From Vairimorpha necatrix (taxonomy: Eukaryota): a DNA stretch of 64,000 nt. Position numbers and translations under genes: made by a program. Location of the stretch: positions 558,001 through 622,000 of the forward strand of contig CP142732.1 in assembly GCA_036630325.1 (NCBI GenBank). Direction: 5' to 3'. The notes beneath the pieces were generated by a model that did no database searches, was not told the origin of the DNA, and saw only the letters and a program-made list of their open reading frames with translations. Positions within the stretch are counted from its first letter, which is position 1, and every line of letters starts with the position of its first letter. Positions 18,508 through 29,759 of this stretch are shown here, one piece after another.

Positions 18508-21378
18508 TCAAAGCTTTAGCTGTTTCCTGTGAAACCATCCTACTAATCCATGTACTTTGTACCATAATCCATTTTTTCCCTTTTTGCACACCTTGTATGG
18601 TCCTATAAATTTTTTATCAAGTTTGTTTCTTGAAAAGTTCTTCACATAAACACTTTCTTCGATTTTAAGCTCCTGATCATTAGTTTTCTTCGGGCTTTTA
18701 TCTGTTCTTATTATATTGATATAAAAGTTGTTTTTTATTCTAAAGGGATCGTAAAAATTTACTCCCGTTTCCAAGGACATCGGAGATATCTTAATTTTCC
18801 TATGCCAATTTTCATTCAATCTATGTTCAATAAGGCCTGTCAATTCTTTTATTGGTCTTCTTTTATAGATTCGTAAACTTTCGCCAATTGTTTTATTTAT
18901 TCTTTCACTAATTCCATTGGAACTAGGGTGGTAAGTAGGCGTTTTAATATGTTTAATACCTTTGTTACTGAAATATCTTGTGATTTCTTGAGAAATATAC
19001 TGGGTGCCATTATCACTTATAAAATTCTGTGGTTTTTTATATTTTTTAATCCAAGTCTCTATGCAATTCATAATTTCTGTCGAATCTGCCTTGTTAACAA
19101 ATCTAATTTGAGATATTCTCGAGTAAACGTCTGTTATTGTAATAATATATATCTTTCTCGGTTTATCGGAGATTTCTAAATCTCTAGCCAATATCGGCCC
19201 ATAAATATCACTGCTAATGGTGTGAAATTTCTCTTTTGAGGTGATCGTTTCTCTTCTACATTTTACTACTTGGTTTTTATTTTCTTTACATTTTAAACAC
19301 TTTGCAATGACTTCTTTAATATTTTTCTTAATCTGTGGTATATCGAAATATTTTGAAATATTATTGTACGTTACGCTACAACCTGCGTGTCCTGATATCT
19401 CATGTATATATTCTAACATAAATTTAATCTTATTAACCGGAAGTGTGATCTTTGATCTGAATTTTGACTTTAAATTTATCATTCTTTGTTCTTCAAACAC
19501 CTCATTCCCAACACATTCTCGTATAGTTCTTATGTAATCATCTTCGTTATTTTTAGTTTCCTCTGTAATTAACAACATTCTAGATAAATAGTCCGCTATG
19601 TTATTCTCTTTTCCTTTGATGCTTGAAATATTAAAATTATATTCGTTTAGTAGTAATTTCCATCGTTCGATGCGGGACGATATCTTCCTATTATTGTAAA
19701 TACAGTTTAAATTGTCTGTCTTAATTTCAATATGATATCCCTTAACTATATTTTCATAAAACTGCAATGCCTTTATTATTGCAAATAGCTCCTTTTCCAC
19801 TATCGAGTAATTATATTCGGTAGGTGATAGTTTTTTACTATAATGTCCTATCACTCCATGCTCTTGGAACAAAACTGCACCTATACCGGAATCGCATGCA
19901 TCTGCTTGTAAGTAAAATACTTTTGTAAAATCCGGGAAGTTTAAAGTTGCTTTCTCGTGAATGATACTCTTTACATCCTCAATTATTCCCTGTTCAATAT
20001 TTGTCCATTTAAATTTGTCATGTTTTAATAACTCACTGATCTTAGCCATTTTAGAACTAAGGTTTGGTACAAAAACTCTATACCAATTCAAAACCCCCAA
20101 TAATCTTTGTAAATGCTTTTTCTTTGTGGGTTTGATATCAAAAATTTTATTTTTCAAATACTCTTTATCTGCTCGAATCGAGTTCTTGCTTATGAAATAT
20201 CCCAATACTTTAATTTCTTTCATATATAATTTTGTTTTCTCAAAATTAATTTGTACTCTTTTCTTAAAAAGGCATTTAAGCACATCTATTAGTGCTTTAT
20301 CATGTTCATCTTTGTTTTTCCCAAAAACTACAATGTCGTCTATATATACGAAACAGTTTTTTATCTTACCTAATATTTCCATCATGGTTTTTTGAAAAAC
20401 CTTTGGTCCCGACTTAACACCGAATGGGACTCGATTATATTGATAGTGTATGTTCCCCACTATAAATCCAGTATATTTTTTGGATTCTTCATCTAATGGA
20501 ATTTGATTGAATCCATTTCGTAAATCTATGGATGAATAATACTCCATTCCTCCCAATGCTTGGAGTTCTTTAAATATTTTTGGTATGCAATTTACCTCAT
20601 CAGAAATTTCCTCATTTAATTTTCTATAATCTATAACCATCCTTATTTCACCATTCTTTTTATTTATAAAGAACGCGGGACTAGAGAAATTTCCTTTTCC
20701 TCTTTCAATAATTCCCAATCCTAGTAATCTGCCTATTTCTTTTTCGGCTTTTTCTTTCATCTTAACGTTAATCTCATAACCCCTTGATTTTAATTCAAAT
20801 TTATTTTCTGAAACTTTTAGTTTGTATGGTTCAACATCCATACTCGTAAATTCTTTATTAAAGTGTTTGTATTTAATTAAAAGGTTATAAAGTTCAATAT
20901 TCTTATTTATTTCTAATCCTTCATCTGCTACGCATAGTCGGTCAATCATTATCTTGTCTAGCGTCTTTTCTGTCACTTCTTCATAACCAATGATTTTAAT
21001 TATTTCCTCATCACAAATTACGACCTTATTTTTGTAATCTAAAACACAGTTATTGTTAAACAAAAAATCTCCTCCTAAAATTACCTCATGCGTACATCTC
21101 TCAAAAATATATGGTTCAATATTGTAATTCTTATTCACTCCTTCAAATTTAATTTCAAATTCTGTAGACTTATTACTAGTTATGACTTCTCCGTTTGCTA
21201 TAACTGTTCTAATAGCTTTATTTTCTCTTAGTGGTAAATTTAATTTCTTAGCCAAGCTTTCTGAAATAAAACTTCTACTGGCTCCACTATCTAATAATAC
21301 TTTAATATTGTGTTCCTTGATTTTAGCTCTTACAATGATTTCTCTAACCGAATCTTTTTCTTCTTCCATGATGTTCAT
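18508..21378 (-). CDS. Pol (protease, RT, RNase H, integrase); frame stays open up to 21507
   Basis: LLDSGA, YIDD, ADACDSGIGA, HEISGH...CLKC, SDIYGP, SDNGTQY, SNGISER. Confidence 0.95.
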   Translation of the reverse strand: MNIMEEEKDSVREIIVRAKIKEHNIKVLLDSGASRSFISESLAKKLNLPLRENKAIRTVIANGEVITSNKSTEFEIKFEGVNKNYNIEPYIFERCTHEVILGGDFLFNNNCVLDYKNKVVICDEEIIKIIGYEEVTEKTLDKIMIDRLCVADEGLEINKNIELYNLLIKYKHFNKEFTSMDVEPYKLKVSENKFELKSRGYEINVKMKEKAEKEIGRLLGLGIIERGKGNFSSPAFFINKKNGEIRMVIDYRKLNEEISDEVNCIPKIFKELQALGGMEYYSSIDLRNGFNQIPLDEESKKYTGFIVGNIHYQYNRVPFGVKSGPKVFQKTMMEILGKIKNCFVYIDDIVVFGKNKDEHDKALIDVLKCLFKKRVQINFEKTKLYMKEIKVLGYFISKNSIRADKEYLKNKIFDIKPTKKKHLQRLLGVLNWYRVFVPNLSSKMAKISELLKHDKFKWTNIEQGIIEDVKSIIHEKATLNFPDFTKVFYLQADACDSGIGAVLFQEHGVIGHYSKKLSPTEYNYSIVEKELFAIIKALQFYENIVKGYHIEIKTDNLNCIYNNRKISSRIERWKLLLNEYNFNISSIKGKENNIADYLSRMLLITEETKNNEDDYIRTIRECVGNEVFEEQRMINLKSKFRSKITLPVNKIKFMLEYIHEISGHAGCSVTYNNISKYFDIPQIKKNIKEVIAKCLKCKENKNQVVKCRRETITSKEKFHTISSDIYGPILARDLEISDKPRKIYIITITDVYSRISQIRFVNKADSTEIMNCIETWIKKYKKPQNFISDNGTQYISQEITRYFSNKGIKHIKTPTYHPSSNGISERINKTIGESLRIYKRRPIKELTGLIEHRLNENWHRKIKISPMSLETGVNFYDPFRIKNNFYINIIRTDKSPKKTNDQELKIEESVYVKNFSRNKLDKKFIGPYKVCKKGKNGLWYKVHGLVGWFHRKQLKL

Positions 21379-21428
21379 TTCACTTCTTCTTGGAAAATTC
21401 TTATCGTAGTCATTTCTTTTTCCGTTAT

Positions 21429-22295
21429 TTAAAAAACAGTCAACTGAATTATGACCATTGTGCTTATGAAATTTGCACCACTTCTTTTGTAGAGGGAAAT
21501 ATTGTTCCTAAAATTCTTAGTAGCTGTTTCGTGCTTCCTCATATCCATGTTGTTGTTTCTTAACTTTAAAATTTCTTCCTCCATCGTCTTTAGCTTCTTC
21601 ATATATGCATCCAAATTATGCACATCAAGACTTTCAATTAGTATTCTCTTCGTTTTGCTTCCTAAACCCTTCTTGAAGCATTCCCATAGCTTCCTGTTGT
21701 ACTCTTCTCTGCTTATCTTATGGGCAATACTATAATATTTTATATAACTATTGATGTATTCATAATACTCACTTATCGACTCAAAATTTTCTTGTCTTGC
21801 ACTGGATAATTTATCAATCCATTCTTCCGCTCTATCAATACTATAGGCTCTACTTAGAATTCTTTCAGTAATTTTACTTAATTCTCCTTTAAATACTTTA
21901 TCATCAATTGACTTATCACTTATTAAATCTCTTAAGATGAGCTCATACTGCTCACTGTTCCATTTATTTCTTAAACTTATTTTTTCGAATGTTTCTAGCC
22001 ATTCACACATATCAAAACTATAAATATCCTCTATGATATTTAACTCGGTCTCGATCTTCATATCCGTTCCTTTAACGGTGTAACTTAATTTCACTTTCTT
22101 CTTGTTAACCTCACTATGGTTAATCTTTTTGTAGCTCGTGCTCAAAATACTCGCACTTGAATTCAAGCTGTGGTATCCCGGGGAAACCCTCCCGGTTATA
22201 AAGTAATATTCTAATATACTTCTAATAAATTGTTTTTTATTGGTAACTGTCCCTCTGGACTCTCTCTCCTGACGCTCTTTGGTCCTCTGTTCCAT
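21429..22295 (-). CDS. Gag-like ORF
   Basis: Lies upstream of pol; RQENFESISEYY major-homology-like motif; true start uncertain because the ORF begins inside the LTR. Confidence 0.8.
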   Translation of the reverse strand: MEQRTKERQERESRGTVTNKKQFIRSILEYYFITGRVSPGYHSLNSSASILSTSYKKINHSEVNKKKVKLSYTVKGTDMKIETELNIIEDIYSFDMCEWLETFEKISLRNKWNSEQYELILRDLISDKSIDDKVFKGELSKITERILSRAYSIDRAEEWIDKLSSARQENFESISEYYEYINSYIKYYSIAHKISREEYNRKLWECFKKGLGSKTKRILIESLDVHNLDAYMKKLKTMEEEILKLRNNNMDMRKHETATKNFRNNISLYKRSGANFISTMVIIQLTVF

Positions 22296-22731
22296 CTCCT
22301 TTTATGTGTACCCTTCCTTTTCTGAAAATATATTTATAGTAAATTTTATTCATGAAAATTCAATGAGAGTTTTGACAGGGAGAGAAATAAAATAAATGTT
22401 GAAGACTAACAGTCTACAACACAAATGAAACCCATTTAGCATTTTTTTATCAAGTTTGACTTTTTTTTCCAGATTACAATATTCAGGCTCATGTCGATGA
22501 ATTTTATTATGGTTTATTTTTTCTTTCGTTAAAATCACCTCCGCTTTACAATTCATCAACATGATCACAAGAACTCTTTAACATGCAAAAATTATAGACA
22601 CTCAATTTGTAGATAATATTATATATTTTGTTATCATGTTACATAAACTAAGAAACATAGATATTATTATTTTTATGTGGAGATTCATTATTTTTGTAAT
22701 ATTGAGAGAAATAAAAATCAAAGAAAGAAGT

Positions 22732-23224
22732 TTATTCAAAATCCGAATCTATAAAGTAATAGGCATTAAAATGCTGAAAAAAATTACAGGCACAATACAA
22801 ACAAATTCTATATAAGTCTTAACAGAAACAAAGAGTTGAAGGAAACAATAGCAAAGATCACGGTTTTGCTTTTTTTGGTTTGTTTTCTATTTTGTCATTG
22901 AATTTAGACACAGAAATATCATTGGACGCATCTTCATCAGTAGACATGGTAATTTTTGTTTCGTCATGGGAAATATTGTCATTGGTTTTTATAGTACTAT
23001 TTAGATCTTTTTTTAGAGGAACTGCCCTTTTTTGATGTTCCGTTTTTGAATTAAGAGTATGAAGTTCAAAATTTTGTCCTTGATGATCCTCGCCGATATA
23101 TCTTTTTGGCTTTTCGGAGTTCAATGGTTCATAACCATTTTTAGAGAAGAGCATTTGCATTTTCTTTACGTTCCCTTAATACCGATGCTAAAATACTTTG
23201 AACTAGCAAATATAAAATTTTCAT
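22732..23224 (-). pseudogene. Tandem family copy 2, frameshifted
   Basis: High nucleotide identity to 16694-17197; indels after MKILYLLVQSILAS and before the TM segment. Confidence 0.85.
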
Positions 23225-24287
23225 GGGCGTAAATTTTTTTTTATTTTAAAGTGTCATGTAAAGTATTTTTTTTAATTGCATAAATAAAAACGCCTAAACG
23301 TTTTATAAATCTGTTGTATACATTAATTTATACAATGTAAGTTTTGGTAATCTAAAAAGATAAAACACACTTTAATAACGTTTAAATAGTAAAATATCTC
23401 ATGCTCTATACTGTTTTTCTAAAACATGTCAAAATTTCTAAAAAATTATTCGTTCACAAAAAAAATAGTCTATGCTTTCAGGCTCTAACTTTATTTTTTG
23501 CGTACCTATATAATGTATTTTTGCTTCGATTCATCATCTATATAAAGTTGAAAAAGTTTATAAGTAAAAGTTGTGATTATTTTTAAAAATCTTATTATCA
23601 ACATAAATATTAAAGTAAATTTCGGAGGTTAATTCCGAAAAGAATAAAGTTTTAGGATGCTCGGGGAGAGGCATTATGGTGATAGATATTTCAAAAGACG
23701 AGAAAACATTAGACTTTTAACAGGATAATCTCATGCGTCTATCTATGTAATAAAAGTCTGTAAAGAACTTATTTTATGTTTGCTTTTGGACGTCAAATAT
23801 CTCTAATGTTTCGTCAGTAGTATTCCAAATAAATACATTTCGAGGAGGTAATACCAAGAAGGTATCAGACTTGGGCTATAAGATAGCAGAAAATAATATA
23901 AGTATTTATAAGAACAATATTAGGTTGGCAGGCAAAATCCAGCCCCTTAGTAAATTTAATGCAAATTGTTCTACAATAATAATGAGATAATTTTAGATTT
24001 TTTTGTCATTATTAAACACTTAAATTAAAATTTTTCAACTTTACAATTATATGACAAGAAAAAATTTAGATTAAGTGACAATAAAGGATTTGAATATGAT
24101 TTATTAAAAATAATAGCTAAAGTACAAACGTGTTTACATATAGTATATGCCCTTTTAATCATCAAAAGCATATTAATATTCATATGAAATTATAGAAAGA
24201 AAACAACTGCAAAAAGTTAAGTCGAGAGAAACCATTACTATGAAAATGAGGATAAAATTAAAATAAAAATATTATATATGTATGATA

Positions 24288-24687
24288 AAGTTGGAATCAC
24301 AAGTTTTAACAACCTCATTCAGTAGAAACAGAAAAGAAACATAAATACGACTTGCTCGCAAATCATGTGGCTTCTCTCTTTAAATACAAGCCGAAAATTA
24401 TTCCTTATGTGATGACGTGGGATGGAATAGTAACTAATTTTCACCGTACGCATATCAAAGTGCTCAGATTAGAACCCAGAACGGAGGCATATATACAGTC
24501 AAGAGTCTTTAAAATGACTTTAGAAAGCCTAATTATGTCAGCCAGACATGGGCTTGATACAGATCAGAAAGGGGTTTTCGAGAGCCCAATGAGTGAATCT
24601 CAGAAGGAAGTCCTGGAACTGCCAGATGAGACTGTAAGCGTATCTTATGAAAAGTAATTAATAAGCCGAATATTATACCCAAATAAT
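24288..24687 (+). mobile_element. 5'-truncated non-LTR retrotransposon (RLE-type endonuclease C-terminus)
   Basis: VGITS...YDLLAN...IIPYVMTWDGIVT; 16-bp TSD TTATATATGTATGATA at 24272-24287 and 24688-24703. Confidence 0.85.
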
Positions 24688-26539
24688 TTATATATGTATG
24701 ATATATAGCTAAAGCCTTTTCTTTTTGAGATGAAATGAACTTATTTTACTCTATAACGATTTGTAATTTCATTTATGAAAGAAATTTTACGACTGGAAAT
24801 AAGACGAAAAGTAAAGAAATATTTCATTAACCTAATGCAAATATTAAAGTTAAGACTAATTTTTCTCATGTTACCCATCTTGCGATAATAAAGTAGAGTT
24901 TTTAAAAAACTTTTTTATATGCGTAGAAGCGCCTAGCTTAGAGCTATTAGGAACAAACAAAAACTTTACATAGTACAAAAAACAGTCTTATTTAGATCTA
25001 TTTTGTTATTATTAGAAAAAAAAACATTGCTTAACTTCTTTTCAATTATGTAATTATATAAATCATGTGCTTAATAGAAGTCTAAATATGTAAAAACATT
25101 CGTTTATTTATTTTATCTTTTGTCATTACAATTAATTTTTCTTATTTTGCAACATCTTCTGTTCAGTTTTGTTTTTATAAACAGATTCCAGACTTTTTAT
25201 TATTATTTTTTAGTATATATAAAATTTGATCTTTTTTAGACGATCATTGGCTTTTATGGTCAAATTATGTTACAATATGTGCAAATTATGCTCTTTTGAG
25301 TATTATTGAGTCATAAAACATCGATTTTAAAGATATGCTATATTTATAATCCATAAACATAGTATTAAAATGTTTAAATTATTTTTTATTCGAAAAAATC
25401 GTTTATAACAATGTAATTATCTTATACAATATTGTTTATATAGAGTCTGATAAAGATAAGTCTTGATCAATAAGTCGAAGAAAATAATCTATAAAAATCG
25501 CAAAAAAAATAATTTTTTTTCGTGTGTAATAGTGCTATTTTGTCATAATTTTTTTTTCATTTATGCTTCTTTACATTTTACCCTATGAATTTCGAAAAAC
25601 ATAGCTAAAATGAAGCTTCTGTATTAAATTACGGTAAGGGGGTCTAAAGTGAAAATGCTCCAAATTAAGTTATAATTGGCTTGAAAATATATAATTGGAA
25701 TTTTGACACATTGAAGCCTATTTAAACGTAGTAAAATTTTTCATTCCTATTAAATAAAGGGAAAAAAACAAATGAGTTTTTATCATCTTTTATAATATAT
25801 AGATTTTATATTTAGAAAAAAAAACTTAAGTCATAAGATAGATTTTTTTCAAAAATTATATCGGTGAAAAAATAGTAAAATATAATAAAAAACATAAATA
25901 AGAAACAGTTTCAGAAACTTTAGCACAATTGTAAGTTCTAAATATTATATTTCTACAAATTTAGTGGAGTAAAATTACAGAAATTTTTGAGGAAAGGAGA
26001 ATGGTGAAAAATTGTAAAAAGGTTTCTGACTACATAGGAATATGTTTTTTTAAAAAATAAATATTTAAAATAATTTATTTTTGCACATAGTTATAAAACA
26101 TAAATTTAACTTGGCGCATTCAGTACCTAATATCTTTTACACATAAAAACGATTAAACACAACAATTATGTAATTTTGACACTAAAAAAGAGTTGTAAAA
26201 AATAGAAAAAATTTTAGACACGAGAGATGAAAAAGGCCATCTATTAGTTTAGTGTATTGGGGAATTTGAGCTCAAAATTTAATTTAAAACTGTTTTTGAT
26301 AAATTGTTAGGCAAGTTGTCTTTTTGCGTCAACATCAACTCCCCGCTGGATTTTTCTGAATTATTTAAATAAGTATATAGCACGTTCAATCGTAGTCTCA
26401 AATTAAACAAAAACATTATATTTTTTTATAAAAAGAATTATATGCAGAAAAAAAATATTTTTAAATTTTTATGCATATAATTTTATTGTTAATTCATGAT
26501 AGTATAATAAAAATTATAAAATTGTAAAAAAGCTTTAAT

Positions 26540-27025
26540 TTATTCACTAGTGCCAATTCTTGATGAAATTATTAAATAAATCACAAAAAAAGCAAATAAA
26601 TAAGAACCAATACGATAAAATTCATTATAGATTTTTTCAAAACGCTCACAAACACTATATTCTTGGGGTTTTAACGATTTTATATTTGTCCTTTTATCGG
26701 ATTTAGCCACAGGAATATTATCAAACTTATTTTCATCAGACGACATATTAATTATTGTTTCAAGTTGTGAACTATTTAAAGCAGTTTCTATAGTACTATT
26801 TGTTTCTTTGTTTCGAAATTTTGCTTCTTTTTTAAAATCAAATTCTGAAGTGGCTGTGGTTAAATTAAAATTTTGTTCTTGATAATTCTGATTGATGTAC
26901 CTTTTTGGTTTTTCGGATGTCAATGGGTTATATCCTTTTTGAGAAATAAGCATTTGCATTTTCTTTACTTTTCGTTCAATATTCGAAGCTAAAATACTAT
27001 GAACTAGAAAATATAAAAATCTCAT
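26540..27025 (-). CDS. Tandem family copy 3
   Basis: MRFLYFLVHSILAS, YNPLTSEKPKRY, C-terminal TM; CCC-ATG. Confidence 0.85.
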   Translation of the reverse strand: MRFLYFLVHSILASNIERKVKKMQMLISQKGYNPLTSEKPKRYINQNYQEQNFNLTTATSEFDFKKEAKFRNKETNSTIETALNSSQLETIINMSSDENKFDNIPVAKSDKRTNIKSLKPQEYSVCERFEKIYNEFYRIGSYLFAFFVIYLIISSRIGTSE

Positions 27026-27531
27026 GGGTGTAATTTTTTTTTATTTAAACGCCATTAGAATTATTTTATAATTGCATAACTAGCATATACTTTCAAGTTT
27101 AATGTACCGAAAAATACATAAATTTTAATATTGTAAATCCTTAAAAGCTAAAAAACGATACACATTGTGGTACAACATTTATATAGTAAAATACTTTGAT
27201 ATTGACACCGTTTTTCCTCATAAATAAAATTTCAAAAAAATATTTGTTTTATACATCAGCGCAAATTTTTACGTTTAGAGCTGGTTTTGTGTACCTATAA
27301 AATGCATTTTTATTTTAGATTATAATTTCTGTATAAATAAAAATTTTTAAAAGCAAGAAAAAATGAGTATTAATAAGCACTTTATCATTGAAATATATAT
27401 TCATATTAAATCTTGGATGATAATTTGGGTGCATATTAAGATTTAGGGTATCCAATGGAGCAGTTAGATAATGACAGGCATTTTGAGGGGCCACGAAAGC
27501 ATTTGAGTTTTGACAGGTCAATGGTATTTTT

Positions 27532-28572
27532 GGTTGATCGGACGAAATTCACCTTTTTTTGATGTCTTCAAATTTTCATTTTTCACCCCAAAAAATGAAA
27601 TTCCAAAAGTTGAGAAAGAAAACAAAAAAAGAAAAAAAGTTTTAAATATTTAATTTTTTATCATAAATTACGTTAAAACAACTTCTTACTGGATGAGTAT
27701 TATAGTTTTTTATTAACATGTACCTTACTAAATACCAATTAATTAATTAATTTCCTCGTTCTACATCTGTAGAGTATACGCTGTTTTAAACCAGACCATG
27801 TTCCTTCGATAGTATTAGTATATATTCCTGTCTCGGGATCTTTGAAATATTTAGAGTGGTTTACAGTGTGGTGACTATAACCTTCATTTTGAATGCCCGT
27901 ATATCCCTTCCAACAAGCAGAATATAATTTGCTACCTTCTTTTACACTATTTTATATGTGAAATTTTAACGTACTTTTAGTACGATCACTAACTTAAAAT
28001 AATATGACTCTTTTTTACCATCTCTTTCAACTACTCCAAAGAGCCAACTCCTCCTACTGGATGTCCACGATTATATTTATTCTTTCCAATTTTTGATTCA
28101 TCCATTTCAACTGTTTCACCAGGATTTCCAATATATTCAATGTTTTGGTAGAATTTTTTAACTAGTACTTCACTAGTTTTTTTCATTATTCTCCACATAA
28201 CTTTCTTATCAATTCTGGTTACGTATAAAATAGTATCCACACTACATTTTGATAACCAGAGGACAATAACCTCGACAAATCTCACTTTAGAAATTTTTAC
28301 TTGTCTAAATATTGTACCTTTCCAAACATTAATATGTTTTTTATATAGTGGACATATTTTATTTGTACATTTCATATATTCATACTTATTTTTTGTGTAT
28401 GATGTAAGCTCTTCATTGCATATTTTACAACCGCTAAGTAGTAAGATTTTTATTTGTTGTATTATTTTCTCTTCAATCTCTCTTTTCCTCAATTTTTGGA
28501 ATTTCATTTTTGGGGGTGAAAAAATGGAAATTTGAAGACATCATAAAAAGGTGAATTTCGGATCGAAGGTCC
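27532..28572 (-). mobile_element. Merlin (IS1595-like) DNA transposon with disrupted transposase
   Basis: ORF 28031-28507 with CxxC...C and VEMDESKIGKNKYNRG; out-of-frame remainder CWKGY, TVNHS, YTNTIEGTWS; ~80-bp TIRs; near-TSD GGTATTTTT/GGGATTTTT. Confidence 0.9.
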
Positions 28573-28699
28573 GGGATTTTTATATCTACGCAAATAAGAC
28601 AGTAAAGAACTTATTTGACGACTGTCTCTCAGATGACAAATAGATGCGGCTAAAGTTAACTCTAGCTACAAAAAATCGATAAAAGGTTTTTTTTGCTTT

Positions 28700-29600
28700 T
28701 TTTTTGAAAAATGAAGAAGATATTTGTTGAAGAAGGAACAAAAATAACAAATAGAATAAAAATTCAAAAACGCATCAAAAATAGAATCAGAGGAATTTCT
28801 TCGGGGCTGTACCTAAATAAATGTAGTTTGGCATTATTTGCTGTTCTGTTTCATTTTAGTATAGAATTTTTAAAAATCGCCAATTACCTTCTATGGTATT
28901 GGTATGAACTTCATTAATTGGGCCTCTGAAAAGTAACGAATGATTTACCGACAGATGTTGGTTAAATATTAAGCCTAAATTATGACAGGCTTTCCTCTTA
29001 TAGCTTTAAATAAAACTATTCTTATCTACATGTTTTAATAAAAGATTAGTACGTTTATTTGGTCTCTATTCCAATATAATAAATATAAATTTATTTTTTA
29101 TGCGTCGTATGACCATACCAAAGCACCAAAACCCTTTTACAATTTTGGCTCTATAATTCTTATTTTGATTTTTTCGTTTCGTCGATTTCTACTACATTTT
29201 CACCACTATAATCTCGATATTAGATAAATATTTTTCATAATTAACAATTCTTTAATTTTTTTAATTAGTTGATACAGATTGAGCAGAACAACCCAAAATT
29301 TGACAAGTAACTTTCGAGGATGTCAAATAATCAACATATTAAGTATTTGTAATACTGTAATATGGTTAGTCTAGAATCTTGGAAGAAAGTTTCTTTCCAA
29401 ATTAAGGCTGTATTATTACATATACTCCACTTACACTTCATAATAAAGTTTTGTTTGTCCTTTATTGTCATCTGAGAATCACATAATTTACAAATTAGGA
29501 TTTTATTTTTTGTTATTAATTCATTATATATTATTCTAATTCTTCTCTTGTTTAAATTCTCGCCTCCATTTTTCACATGTGGCAAAAACGCTATTGAAAA
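28700..29600 (-). pseudogene. Second, more decayed Merlin transposase
   Basis: CKLC...CKWSIC N-terminus (29331-29585), GENVVEIDETK (~29170-29205), VHTNTIEG (~28888-28910). Confidence 0.75.
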
Positions 29601-29759
29601 TTTTCTACCAAGCCGACATTAGCCTGGTGACCTTGTAAGACATTCTATAAAAAAGATGGAAACTATTTAGCAAAACTAGTGATGTATCAAGAGCTTACAA
29701 GGGCTTAGTTTGGTATGCAGTTTTGAATCAAAAAAAGAGCGTTAACGCTCAGAGATAAT

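Larger units (their letters stand above)
18243..22421 (-). mobile_element. Ty3/gypsy LTR retrotransposon (253-bp LTRs, TSD CAAAT)
   Basis: LTRs 18243-18495 and 22169-22421 look identical, TG...CA; CAAAT at 18238-18242 and 22422-22426; PPT AGAGGGGGCAGGA. Confidence 0.95.
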
